A stretch of DNA of 64,000 bases from Octopus vulgaris (lineage: Eukaryota): contig OX597830.1 in NCBI GenBank assembly GCA_951406725.2, positions 6,944,001 through 7,008,000 of the forward strand. Reading direction: 5' to 3'. The notes under the pieces were generated by a model. That model did not search any database. It worked only from the letters and a program-made list of their open reading frames with translations, and was not told the DNA's origin. Within the stretch, counting starts at the first letter, position 1; the number at the start of each line of letters is the position of its first letter. Both the position numbers and the translations under genes were made by a program. Below, piece by piece: positions 16,050-30,184 of the stretch.

Positions 16050-16161
16050 TATATACATATAGATGTAGGTACGTACATATATGTTTGCATATATGCATAT
16101 ATTTATATATTATTTATATTACTATATGATCAAATGCTACGCATCCTTTTCCAAGTAAGTT

Positions 16162-16243
<82 letters not shown>

Positions 16244-16446
16244 CATACATATGGATGTGTACACGTGTGCGATTTTTGCTTTGGCGTTTGACAACTGATC
16301 ATGATTTCATTACTTTTTGGTTCTAATTTCCAACCTGGCCGTGCCTCGCTCTCTCTCTTTTCTTCTTTCTGTTCTCCATAAAATAAAATACCAATGAAAT
16401 ACCGACGTCTCTATTGGACAATTACTTTCCTACTTCTATATATATA

Positions 16447-16677
16447 CTAGCAGCTAAGCCTGTCTTCACCCGGTCGGTTTGGATGATGTGGCTGTAAAAC
16501 CTGCTCTGCGTAAGCATTCCACTTGTTTGGACACGCTTACGTTAAAAAGACGAGGTTGACTGTGTCTTTCATCGGTTCAGGATCGATGGAACAAGTAACG
16601 GTTGACCATCAAGCTGCACGCAATTCCATTGCTCCGTCCTGCTCTAGATAATGTTGTTCTTATTGTTCTTACAATTT

Positions 16678-16680
<3 letters not shown>
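16447..16680 (-). mobile_element. Helitron-like 3' end fragment (second family)
   Basis: Minus strand CCGGGTGAAGACAGGCTTAGCTGCTAG|T: degenerate subterminal hairpin plus CTAG, within TA repeats. Confidence 0.55.
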
Positions 16681-16749
<69 letters not shown>

Positions 16750-16750
<1 letters not shown>

Positions 16751-17143
16751 TAGCAGTATCGCCCGGCATTGCTCGGATTGTTTCGACCCTTTAGAATTGG
16801 AATTTTTGAAAAGTAAAAATTTTGCATTATGTAGCTTGTTATTCTCTTTAATTGAACATTTTTCTGGTTGCAATACACCGAAAAATTGCGACACAGCAGT
16901 CCAAAAAATCGTAAAAAATAGGGATTTTCATAGAAAAAAAGCACCTTTTTGATGTAAATAATTTTTGGTGTTAACATGGTGCGATTTGAATTTTTTCTTC
17001 TACGGATGGAAGAGCAAGCCTTCTTCTATCATACTCCCAAGTATGGCCAACTTTCGCAGCAAGGTCTCGGAGGAGAGAGTGTTTATTGAAGGCGACCAAA
17101 CCTGCCATACACAGACAACTTCAGCTTTATATATAGATATAGA
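16750..17143 (-). mobile_element. Complete non-autonomous Helitron
   Basis: Minus strand begins A|TCTATATCTATATATAAAG and ends CCGAGCAATGCCGGGCGATACTGCTAG|T (5' TC, subterminal hairpin, 3' CTAG, A/T insertion site). Confidence 0.82.
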
Positions 17144-17463
17144 TATATATATTTAATGTTGTAATAGTATTCACGGCTTAATATTACAAGATACATCACT
17201 TTTTGTTGGTATACGTGTGTGCATGAGTGTGTGTGTATGTGTGTGTGTGCGCGTGTGCGCGTGTGTGTGTGTGTTGAGTCTGTTGATGCCATATTTTATC
17301 TTGTAGCAGTTCTTCCATATGCTGCTGTAATTGTTGTTATTGCTGTTGAGTCGTCAGTTAAGTTTGATTGATCAGACATTTCATCAAAGACATTCCTGCC
17401 TTGAGCCATCAGTCTTTTTAATCTTTGTCACAAAATCTTTCATATATATCGGCTTGCGTGTGA

Positions 17464-17519
<56 letters not shown>

Positions 17520-17649
17520 GTATATATATATATATGTATGTATGTATATATGCATGTATGAATGTATATATATGCACACACGCACTGACATATACACACA
17601 CATACACACACACACATATCTATATATATATCTGTATATATATATATAC

Positions 17650-17700
<51 letters not shown>

Positions 17701-18869
17701 CGTACATGTTTGAAGCTCTGAGGAATCTATACGGTTATGCACGTATACTTAGCTCTGAGTGAACCGTATCGTATAGCAGAAACAGCCGTGAGCAAATGAA
17801 TGATGATGATGATGTTGATGATGATGACACTGGAGCCAGTAGTTGGTTGTTTTTCTTGTCGTTTGTGTTTGGGTCAGGCCTATGAAATATTGCAGTTATC
17901 TGTATTGTTATGTTTACAAACGTTATTTTGCAATCAGCTGTGTTTCTCTTAGTGTTAATATTGTCGATGTCGATATGGTTAATTAGTTAAATAAATATCA
18001 ATACATTTTTAATTATCATTTTTCTTTTAGGCAACTAACAATAATGTGAAGCACCTATATATTTTTGGCGCTAAAAAAATCAGTAAATTCTTGTGAAGCC
18101 AACTGATTCCTTTAATTAATAAGTCATTTAGTTAGAGACCCTTCACGTATATAATTTCGCGGAGCACCATCTGAAAACCCCACCCCGTAATTCGCTATGA
18201 TGTTTTACCATCGTATAGAAAATATCAGTAGTGTTAGAAGCTTACAAGTAAACCATTCTCAGAGAAATGCACCTCGGATGTAAGAAATATATTTTAAAGG
18301 TAACGCAAACCCACCTCCACGCATTACTTTTGAATTTTTAACGATTTTTTGAAAAAATTTAGTGAAATTGCTGTGCGGTGTTACCAGAGGTCTTTCTTGG
18401 ATTTTGTTTTTCAGACAGGAAAATCAAAAGAATATTCAGACAAAGATTAAACCATAGAATTTCCATGGAAATCGATGGAATTTACGTTCTGATTGGTTCA
18501 AATTTGTCTTCATCCTTCCAGATTCGGTTCATTAAATACCATTTCTTCGTGCAATTCGATTCTATCGACCATGATACTCACCTGCAAATTTTTGACTTTG
18601 TGTCAAATATAAGAAATCCCTGGAATTCACAGAGTTGTCTGTTCTTTCTTTTGTCGATGACAAATGTCATGATTCTTACGTAATTGTCTGGGGAGGGATT
18701 CCAATAACATGACATGGATTTTCAATATTGATCACCAAATCCAGACAAAAATTCTAAATATTATTCCAACACCTACATTCACACACATACACAGCCAGAC
18801 AGTTAAACAGACAGACACAAACACAAATGAAACTATGAAATTACAGTAATCATGTTACCCTTTATTTTG

Positions 18870-18906
<37 letters not shown>

Positions 18907-18913
18907 CCTATTC

Positions 18914-18945
<32 letters not shown>

Positions 18946-18950
18946 CATAC

Positions 18951-19014
<64 letters not shown>

Positions 19015-19757
19015 TTGTGTCTCTGTGAGTGTATACATACGTGCTTAACACATTTATAAATATTTACTCATGGCAAGAAAATATATCCGAATGTGCACAG
19101 TAAGTCATTTGCTCACACATATACTCACACACACATACACACAAATATATACACATGTACACGCAAAATTACTCAATAGTTTTTTTTATTCCTAATGACT
19201 TCAAGGTTTAAATAAATGGATTTGGTGTTCGTCATGCATTTCCCAGTGTTTATTAGAGACAAAAGTCATACGAGGTACACGATATCTCAGCTTGGCTTTG
19301 CTATCAAAGTCAACTGTTTTCAACACACGTACAAAATGTAAGGCTGTTTCATTATATATTGTGTTAGTTTTGCTTTCAGTAGGAATATTCAAATAAACCA
19401 CAAATGATGACGTCACTAACATTCGAACTATCGATCATTTCGTTTGTTTTTGTTTTTGTTATATATTTCTTTCTAAATGAATACATGCTTTCTGCTTTTT
19501 GAGCCGCTTCAAAATGGCTTCCAGTTATTATCGTTGGTGATAGCTAATTAAAACAACAGCAGCCGAATTGACCCAGAGGAAATAGCACCTAACACCAACA
19601 CCAAACTACCGATGAGGTGTCTGAGTAGTTTTCTGGTTCTGTTGAAAATAACAATCAGCTTCTTCTCTAATCACATTGAGTTGGGATAATGTAGTCCAAA
19701 ACAGTGAAATTAATAGGAAAATGTAAGAATGATTATCAGAGCTGATCTGTAACAGAA

Positions 19758-20012
19758 CAGTGGATCTCAACTCCTTTTTACCTATGAACCACTTTGATCT
19801 CTATTTGAATCGCGTGGACCCTCATAGCATTCGGTGTTTTGTAAACTTCTATTATATTTTTTAATTAAATTTTAGAAGGAATTGTATTAAAAAAATAGTT
19901 AAAATATTGTTGTGTATCGTAGAGTTATAACCAATTTATTGCACACAAATTTCAAGAAAAAGAATGTATATTGATGCCCAAGGGTGATGTGGACTCTGGT
20001 TGAGGTCCACTG
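19758..20012. mobile_element. hAT-like MITE
   Basis: TIRs CAGTGGATCTCAAC / GTTGAGGTCCACTG (13 of 14 matching); 8-bp TSD not preserved. Confidence 0.6.
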
Positions 20013-20629
20013 ATGTACAGGTGAAAATAAACAACGTCATGGACACATTACTGTTCATTAAACTAAACGCTAAGTCAGACACCATACTTGACCGTATAGC
20101 AAACATAGTACTTCATGGTAGAGTGCACAAGATACCTAATAGTACAGCAGCCAACGTAGCAGACGATACGGGCAACCACCATCACCGATGTTACCGTAAC
20201 CAACGTACACGACTGTACAGTGGCCTTTATATCTGACATTTCTGTCGTTATTGCCCGGGAAACTCAGCATTCATCATACCTCACTCTGCTGAAACCGGAG
20301 ATCTTAACGCAGGTGTAGCCATAATACATCACTGGTACAACCACTCTATGGGTGTTTGACATTATAATAAAAACGATATTACGCATTATTAAAAAAGTAC
20401 TTCTTCCAGCCATCTTCATCACAGCATCATTTCGGTATAACGTCCTGGCTGTCTCAACGCTATTTCGTAACACGTCGTAAATGATCCTTCTTTTTAGGTA
20501 AACCTACAAACATACTCGGTGTGTACACTTCCAAACAAACAGAACAGATATAAGTTTCTGCATTTATACAGCGACATCCACATATTTACGTACTCACACT
20601 CACACACTTGCACACACATAATTATTTAT

Positions 20630-20668
<39 letters not shown>

Positions 20669-20678
20669 CGTATGTATG

Positions 20679-20751
<73 letters not shown>

Positions 20752-21139
20752 ATGTGTATGTATATGTATATGTACATGTATATATATATATATTTATGAA
20801 TATAGATAGGTAAGTATATATGTGTAAATATGTTTGTGTGGTTGGGTGTAATTTAATAAACACAGGATGTTAATGTCGGCTGGTAAAACTTTCATACTCC
20901 GAGAGACTACTGGAGAGCATACGTCAGCTGTAGACGCTCGTATGTCTCCATATTATCAGACTATGGAACTTATAATGTCTCACATTTAAATCTTGAATTT
21001 GAAAAAATTACATATGTGTATGTACATATCCAGAGAGAGAGGAGGGGTGAGAGATTGGGTCACACAAATATATATATATATATATTAATGTGTAGATATA
21101 TATATATACATATATATATATATGAATAAAGCATGTATG

Positions 21140-21183
<44 letters not shown>

Positions 21184-21499
21184 TATTTACATATTTATGC
21201 ATATACATATAAATAATATATATATATACATTTATGTTCATATATATATATATATATATACAGATGTGCATGTACTTACACATGACCAGCAGTTAGAAGT
21301 ATTCATGTAGTGTGAAATACATGGTATGAAATACAACATTCACGCATTTACACACACACTACACAGATACAGGTACACATTCTCTCTCTCTCATTCTCGC
21401 TCACACTCACACACACACACGCACGCTCATACATGCAACAATACATATACACATATATATAAAAATAACAATATTATATAATACCATATATATTATTTT

Positions 21500-22075
21500 T
21501 TGTCTCTCGTTTTTATCTCCTAATAGATTTTTTTCTGGTTTATTTCAAATGCTTTTATTATATATAATATATTATATCATGTTATATTATTATATTTTTT
21601 TTCATTACTTTAGCTTGTTTTGTATTTTATTGTCATATTTTATTGTTTTTTCCTGAAATTATTATTATTTTTTTTTGTCTTCCTCTCGTTATAATTGTTC
21701 ATATTGCTGTTGTATTTGTGAAGAAGAAAAAAATGGCGGTTTTCATTTTATTTCAATGTCTTTTTTTTTTGTAATTTTTGTTCTGTCTTTTTTTCTTCAA
21801 TATATTTCTGTGACATTTCCACTTATTTCAAATTCCATCCAAAGACATTTTTTTTTTGCTATATAGAGAAATTCTTATTTATTTATTTATATTTTCATTT
21901 TTCTCATTTCCTTCCTCTCATTGTATTTTCTTTTGTGTGTTTTTGTCTTATTGTATATATTTGTCCTTTTACGAATTTTATTTTTCGTAATATTTAATTT
22001 TTTTTTTTGGTCTTCGTTCAAAATTTTGTCCATTTTATTAATTCATAATTCTCTCTCTTTCACATTGTCACTCCT

Positions 22076-22123
<48 letters not shown>

Positions 22124-23039
22124 GTTCTCTCCTTATATCTCTCTAACTTTCTATTTTTTAGCATATATTTCACATCCACTCTCTGCTTTCTCTTACATAC
22201 ACACAGACTCCCTCTCCATTCACCTTCTCTCTCGCTCTCTTTGAGGTTTATCCTTCACATAACACTCTCTGCCTCTCCTTCTCTCCTCTCCCTCCGTTCT
22301 CATTCTTTGTCTTTGACTTTTGTCATTTAAATTTATTGAAATTTTCTGTAATTTTTTATACTTTTTCATTTGTTTTTTTTTTGTGTTTTCACCATTTTCC
22401 TTTCATTGCATTCTTCTTGTCCCTTTATCGTCTGTTTTATATTTTTCCTTTTATTTTCATTTGTATTTTTCTTCCTTTCCTTTTTCTTTCACTCTTATCT
22501 CCCATCTGAATGATTTAATTGTTTGAAATCATGAAAGGAATTGAATAATCATAATAATAATAATAATGATAACGAGAATAATAATAATAACAATAATAGT
22601 AATAATGGTAGCAATAGTATTAATAATAATAATAATTATAATATTAATCATAATAATAATAATAATAATGTAGAATAGCTTTGTTTCATGCAAAAGAAAT
22701 GTTGATGTAGATGATGTAGTTTGTCGTTGTTCTTGTTGGTGGTGTTGTTGTTGTTGATGTAGCTTGTGTACACATTGTTGCATATGTTTTCATTGTTCAC
22801 ACTGCAATATTATGCGTCTGTTGTCCATCAGGTTGTTGATGTTTTTTTGTTGTTGTACTGATTAATGGCGGTGGTCATGTGATTACGTTGATTGTTTTCA
22901 TTTATAGTAATATCCGGTCGGTTCTTAATAATGTTATAGATAATGTTGTTGCTGTTGTTGTTGTTGTTGTCGGTGTTGTTCTTGTTTAATTTTGTTTCGT
23001 TTCTGTTGTTGGTGTTAAAGTGGATGTGGCTCACACGCT

Positions 23040-23085
<46 letters not shown>

Positions 23086-23284
23086 TATATATACACATAT
23101 ATATATATGTATGTGTGTGCCTATACACTCACACATATACATATTCAACATACGCATATCTATAAACATATTCATTTATATATAAATACATTTAAATATA
23201 TATATATATGCATGTGTGTATATAGATATATATGTAAATATATGTGTGTATGTATATATACATATATATATACATATATATGTG

Positions 23285-23337
<53 letters not shown>

Positions 23338-23858
23338 GCAAGCATATATATGCACATATATCTATGTATAGAAATAGGTGTATATTGTTGTGACTGTGAG
23401 TCGATATGTATAGATACGTACATGCCTATACATACTAATATATTCACACGTATATAAATAAATACATATCCACTTATACATGTCTATATGCATGCATGTA
23501 TATAGATATATACACACATATATATATACATATATACATATATACAGGCATATATATATATATATACATACATACGTACGTTGCGTACGTACACACACTT
23601 ATGACACAGGACTGTTTTTTTATTTAGCCGTGTACGCATGTCAGTTTCTTCATCATTTTGTATTATTGATATCCATTACGCATTTCTTATGTATTTAAAA
23701 AGTCTTCCGCTTTTTAGGGTCATTGTCCTTGTTTTTGTTGTTATTGTAGTAATAATAGTAATAGTAGTTGTAGTAGAAGTAGTAGTAGTAGTAATAATAA
23801 TGATTGTTGTTGTTTATTGTTTGTTTAGTTTTTTTTTTTAAATTGTGATGAGAAGTCC
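21500..23858 (-). other. Putative Dlx 3' UTR (possibly about 2.3 kb)
   Basis: Follows the stop codon. Sense strand is strongly A-rich down to about 21500. AATAAA on the minus strand at 23818-23813, 23624-23619, 21644-21639, 21631-21626 and 21544-21539. The end point is inferred. Confidence 0.4.
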
Positions 23859-24230
23859 CTATGTTAGTAAGGACTGATGACTAATAGAGTTTTGTTGTTG
23901 AGAATACCAAGTATACGGAGACATGTACGAGGTAGTGGGGGTGGTTGTGGAGAGCTCAGACCACGTGGGTGAGGGGCTCACCGATGATGCAGGTGGCAGC
24001 AGTGACGTGTTTTGCTGTCCGTTGGGGGCCTGTCCATTCTGCTGGTGAGGTGTGCTCGGTTGCGTACTGTGCTGAACTGGGGCCTGTGATTGCTGTGGCT
24101 GCGGTGTCGGTGTAGTTTGACCGTGTGAAGGGGCTTGCTGAGTTTGAGCTTGGGTATTTGCCGGATTGGTTTGTTGTTGTTTCATCATTTTTTTGTATTT
24201 CGATCGACGATTTTGGAACCAAATTTTCAC
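23859..24230 (-). CDS. Dlx: Terminal coding exon of a Distal-less/Dlx homeobox gene (homeodomain helix 3 and C-terminal tail)
   Basis: Translates VKIWFQNRRSKYKKMMK, the Dlx-type helix 3, followed by a Q/P/S/T-rich tail with SPSPTW and SYMSPYTWY motifs like Dlx C-termini. It is preceded by a polypyrimidine tract and acceptor (TCTTTTTCTTTTTCCTTCTCGTTACAG|GTG) at the conserved Q/VKIWFQN intron position. TAG stop at 23861-23859. Confidence 0.93.
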   Translation of the reverse strand: MKIWFQNRRSKYKKMMKQQQTNPANTQAQTQQAPSHGQTTPTPQPQQSQAPVQHSTQPSTPHQQNGQAPNGQQNTSLLPPASSVSPSPTWSELSTTTPTTSYMSPYTWYSQQQNSISHQSLLT

Positions 24231-24262
24231 CTGTAACGAGAAGGAAAAAGAAAAAGAGCATG
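24231..24262 (-). promoter_or_regulatory. 3' splice acceptor with polypyrimidine tract of the Dlx homeobox intron
   Basis: Minus strand TGCTCTTTTTCTTTTTCCTTCTCGTTACAG directly before GTG AAA ATT TGG, phase 0. Confidence 0.88.
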
Positions 24263-24774
24263 AGACCGGTATTCAGTGTTAATGAACAGGTGTTTTATGG
24301 TTGGCCAAGTGCAAGAGAGCATTAGACAACTCGTCCACAATATATATACACACAACGACCTCGAACCCACAAGAGTAAGCAAGAGAGACACAAACAGACA
24401 GAAACAAGGAAATGCTACTTGTATTTGAATAATATGCAAATATTCTTTTAAAAAACTTTTCATTTAATTTTTCCAAAAATGTCTCCATGACGGAAACCAG
24501 TAGTAAAATGTTTTTTTATTATTAAATTATTTTAGCATCTTCTACCTTGACTTTTTTCCATATGTGTGTGTGTGTGTGTGTGTATAAATAAAATTTCACA
24601 CCCACACACACACATATATATATGTATATATATTTGTATGTATGTATGCATGTATATGTATTGTGCATTGGCGTTCGTAGTTGATAGCAGTTTTGTATGA
24701 GTTGCAAAATTTTTGCAGGATATGCATTTTTAAATTTTTCGTAATAATAATAATAATAATAATAATAATCATTA

Positions 24775-24915
24775 GAAGAAGAAGAAGAAGATGAAGAAGA
24801 AGAAGAAGAAGAAGAAGAAGAAGAAGAAGAAGAAGAAGAAGAAGAAGAAGAAGAAGAAGAAGAAGAAGAAGAAGAAGAAGAAGAAGAAGAAGAAGAAGAA
24901 GAAGAAGAAGAAGAA
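24775..24915. repeat. (GAA)n tract, about 47 units with one interruption
   Basis: Directly visible. Confidence 0.97.
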
Positions 24916-25378
24916 ATGTAGATTTAATATAATAATATAAATAATAAAGAGTTGGTGCATTTTGATCCATTAGAATGCGATGTAATTCAATGGAATACGT
25001 TCAGCAGAATCTAGAATAAGACACGTATACACGCGCACCGCCACGTGCGGTGTTCTATGTATGTTTCTTCGCGTGAGCATAATTATATATATGTAGTATA
25101 TTTGTAGTATATTTCATATATATATACACACACAGACACACATAATTTATATATATGTATATTATATATATATTATGTGTATATATATATATCATGTATA
25201 TTTATATATTCGTATAACATGTTTATATATTATATGTGTGTGTGCCTTCATATATACGCACATATCTTGCAAAACCGTTACGTTAACAACGAATAACTGA
25301 TGAAAAAAATAAAAATATAAACCATACGATTGAAATAAAATACAAAATATAAATAAGAATTTCACACACACATACACT

Positions 25379-25439
<61 letters not shown>

Positions 25440-25735
25440 ATATATATTTGTATGTATGTATACATGTATATATATATACATATATATATATATACATAGA
25501 GAAAGAGAGATCTATGTATATATATATATATATACACACATACACTTATTTTGTGTATATAAAATAGATATACGCATGTATGTATGCATCATGCGAACTC
25601 TCCCTCCCCAACTCTAACCTGTGGGTTCCAAATTACACACACACACACAAACACAAACATGCACACATACAGACACCCACACACACCTACAAGCACGTAC
25701 ACGTTTGTGTGTTTATATACATATGTACATGTGTG

Positions 25736-25770
<35 letters not shown>

Positions 25771-26026
25771 CTATATATGTGCGTGCGTTTGTATGTATAT
25801 ATGTATATATGTGTGTGTCTATGTGTATGTGTCTGTGTATGCCTGTGTGTTCAGTAGGAGAGAAAGAAAGGGCGAGAGAGATTTATAATATTGTGCTGTT
25901 TACTTCACTTTCGATAAATCATCCGAGCTGGAAATAATTGGAAGCGATATATCTATCATTGGTGTTTAATGAAAATAGATGGACTGAAAGGACACCGAGG
26001 CTTTACGCTGTGATATATGGTAGCAA

Positions 26027-26110
<84 letters not shown>

Positions 26111-26382
26111 CATATATGTGTGTGTATATGTATATACATATATATACGTATATGCATACATATGTATATGTGTACCAGTGTGTGGTGTAAGCGTGCATGC
26201 GTGGATGTGTCTATGTATGTACGGATATGTGTATATAAGATTTGGTGTATGTATATGCATAGGAATGAAGAAAGAAGGAAGTTATGAGTATAGGCACGAG
26301 TACAAGGGAAATATCTGAAAGAATCGCATGTAAATCAATCTGAATTTTGATGATGATGATGATGTTGATGATGGAGATAGAA

Positions 26383-26474
<92 letters not shown>

Positions 26475-27037
26475 TCTACAGAAAGCTTGCTTCTTAGGAA
26501 CAAAAAAAAATTAAAGGAGGTTTCAATGTACGTCGAAGACTATTTAAAGCCATTAGAGACCTAAGATTATGGTTATTAACCGGGTACCTATAGAACCTGA
26601 GTCAAATTAACAACGATATTGATAATAATAATGGTTTTTAATTTTGGCCAGAAAGTTCGGCCCCAGTACACAATTGTGTGGCGCTCTCTCGAACTCCAAA
26701 AGGTGAAAGGCAAAGTCAACCTCAGAGGCTTATGAAGTCACAGGTTAGCTTTACCTCCCGTAAAAATGAGACGATGTACCTGTTGCATGAGGCTACCAAC
26801 CAACCTTCTGAAATTTGCTGGTTCTGGACAATTATTTTCAATATTTCTTTTATTGAACAGAGAGGCCATTTGGAAAGGTGAAATACAGAGGAAAACCACA
26901 ACTATATAATAGAGGGTGGTTTAGATTGAGCAGAATCTTGTGATGAAAGAACAATCGACAGTTGTTTTCTAAATACAAAGCGAAAAGTTTGTGGGAGAAG
27001 TGTTTTAGCCAATTAAATCTACACCAGTACTTGGCAA

Positions 27038-27405
27038 AATCGACCTCGGCGGAATTTGAACTCAGAACTTAAAGACAGACGAAATACATATTTCTTTACC
27101 ACCTACAAAGAGCTAAACACTGAGGGGACAAATAAGGACAGAAAGACGGATTAAGTCGATTATATGAAAGGATGAAAAGTAAAGTCGACCTCGGCGGAAT
27201 TTGAATTCAGAACGTAGCGGCAGACGAAATACGGCTACGCATTTCGCCCGACGTGCTTAACGTTTCTGCCAGCTCGCCGCCTTAAAATATTCTTTTCTAC
27301 TCTAGTCACAAGGCCTGAAATTTTTGGGTGGTTGACAGTCGATTAGATCGACCCCAGTACGCAACTGGTACTTAATTTATCGAACTTGAAAGGATCAAAG
27401 GCAAA
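27038..27405 (-). mobile_element. SINE family A copies (tandem/partial)
   Basis: GTCGACCTCGGCGGAATTTGAA and CTGCCAGCTCGCCGCCTT are the reverse complement of the 1270-1505 head. Confidence 0.85.
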
Positions 27406-28553
27406 TTATAATAAAAAATATTATAATACAAAACATTGATTAGTATGGATACGACAGATGGAGGAAGACAGGGCTTCAAGTTGCAGTGGGATGATGCTTA
27501 TTTACAACTGAGTAGCCTGGTCTAATATGTAATAATGTGTTTCAATGTATTTCAAAGGAGTAATGCACAGCCCGACCTGGAATTGAGCTCACGAATTTAT
27601 TATGGTATTGAGCTCAACACCATGATCCGCAAGTCAATCTCTTTCACATGCATACTTATGGAGATGTATGTTGTATATGTGCACACGTATATGTCCCACC
27701 TATACGTTGTATATGTGCACATATACACATGTATGTGTATATGTGCACACGTATATATATACGCACATACACACAAATATATATGCATACATATATATAT
27801 GTATATATATACGTGTGAGTTATGTGTACACATATAAATGCATGTAAATACACATACACAAGCATGTATGTGTATGTATGCATGCATGCATGCATGTATG
27901 TATGTATGTATGTATGTATGTATGTATGTATGTATGTGTGTGTGTGTGCGTATCTATGTATAGCTCGTGAGAGAAAGAAATACGGTAAAAAATGAAGAAT
28001 TAATACTCAAAATTGAAAAAACAAAAGAAATGAGAAGAAAAAATGACGTAAAATTTGGTGATTGAGAAATTAGAATAAGAAAGAACGGTATATATATAAA
28101 AGGATTCTGATAGAATATAGAAAAAAGCTAAGAGGTGAAAAAATGCTTTAGCTCTAATAAGAGAAAACTTTACAGGGTGATCTCGTCAACAACTTCTCTG
28201 AAGACAAAAAATTGCCAGGAATGGTTAAAGTCTAACAGATTCCAGACGTAAAAAAAAGTTTCTTTCATCATTAACTTGCAAGAACAAATTATAAAAAAAG
28301 GGTGTGTAGAAAAAAGTGGGGAAGGAGAAGGATAGGGCGGAAAGTCATCTGATTCCTGTGTAGGTTATGTAATGAAAAAAACGAGAACCTGCTCGTCGTA
28401 TGTTGTCGTATGATCGCAGTAGGAGATTGCGCAAAGCTATTGGTTAAGGAAATCATTCAAAATGGCCGTGCATAACGACAGAGTGAGTCACCTTCTTCGA
28501 CAAATACAAATGCACCGCGCAACATGTATTGAGTTCTCTTACGTTTGGAAACG

Positions 28554-28595
<42 letters not shown>

Positions 28596-29289
28596 CACAC
28601 AAACACACACACATGTATATGTGTGTGTATGTATGCATATATATAAATGACTAATCGTAGTCATTGGAATGCAGCCATACTGTGATACTCCTTTTGTGAG
28701 TTTTAGCCGAATATGTAGATCAAATAAATAAGTCTAGGAAATTTTGTCGTTCCTGTTTGATGAATCACTACGTAGCAGCCTCATAAACCACTCCACTGTT
28801 TATTAAGCGTTCAGAATATTAACATAAGCGAACACGGGTTCTATGCATGAACACATATATACATGAACACATACATGCATACATACATGCATACATACAT
28901 ACATACATACATACATACATACATACATACATACATACATACATACGTACATACAAACATACATACATACATACATACATACATACATACATACAAATAC
29001 TCATGCATATGTACTTACATACATATACATATATATATACAAAACCAGAAAGAAGAAGGCGAATTCGAAGACCACAGATCTACTCCATCAATGGAACTGT
29101 AAAAGTCTGTAAAACCTTCCTGAAGTTTACCATTTAAATATATATGAGCATGTCTAGATATGCAACTATATGCATGAGGATATATACACAAAGCAAACTA
29201 AACAATTCTGGATACATAAATTCATACAAAAATTCCTTGTTGAACGAAAATCTACGTTTTCAGATTCTCAAACATTCAACAAAACGCCA

Positions 29290-29331
<42 letters not shown>

Positions 29332-29597
29332 TAGAGAGAGAGACAGAGCGAGCGAGAGGGGGGGAGAGAGTGGGGAGAGAGAGAAGCATGCACAAACTCT
29401 AAAACACAGTTTCTCATTCAAGAGAAATGAAAAAACTCCCCCCGACACACACGTACGCACGCGCACACACCCATCTGCCCACATACACAACCACACCATA
29501 CAAAGCACCCTCATTCCACCCCCTCTTATCAAGTTCTTTCTTCTCTGTATCCACACACATACACACAGATGCACTCATAACATACATACATACACAC

Positions 29598-29653
<56 letters not shown>

Positions 29654-29829
29654 ATGTATGTATCGTTCTCCTCGGCTTCTCATTCTGTGTTATCCAGCGG
29701 CCCTTTATATACAATAAACCCCTGGAAGAATCCCTGCGGCGAATTTTTATTCTACCTCGACCTACCCCCAGGTGCTGAAGTAGTTTACATGTGTTACAAG
29801 AGGGCAGGGATGATAACAATGTGTTGTTA

Positions 29830-29885
29830 CCGCCGCCGCCGCCGCCGCCGCCGCCGCCCGCCGCCGCCGGCGTCGTCGTCGTCAT
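29830..29885. repeat. (CCG)n followed by (TCG)n CpG-rich microsatellite
   Basis: Directly visible. Confidence 0.9.
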
Positions 29886-30184
29886 CGACTCGTACTACTA
29901 CTCCTTGTGCGTGTTATTGCTTGTTATTGTTGAGGAGTGTGTGTGTGTGTGTGTGTAAGGGAGACCCAGAAACAATTTATTGAATAAGAAAGGTTTAAAG
30001 ACGAAAACCCATGCGATCGGGTGGGTCTGGTACCGTAGTAAGGGTTAGGTCGGTTGGCTGGCTGGTTTGTCGGTTGGTAATATGGTGTTGTTTGTTGGGT
30101 AGGAGCGATGGGCGTAAATGGCGCAAGGGTTGCGGCTTGATTCAACAGAATCGTGTGTGAATAAGTGAAGTTTTAAAAATATAT

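Noticed and set aside
26590-26615. Minus-strand TTG ACT CAG GT (LTQ plus donor-like GT) as a candidate end of the missing homeobox exon
   Set aside because: Upstream sequence does not encode LAASLGLTQ or any homeodomain residues
29041-29095. [11 protein letters not shown] resembles the Dlx N-terminal arm KMRKPRTIYS
   Set aside because: Wrong strand relative to the Dlx exon and not followed by homeodomain helices
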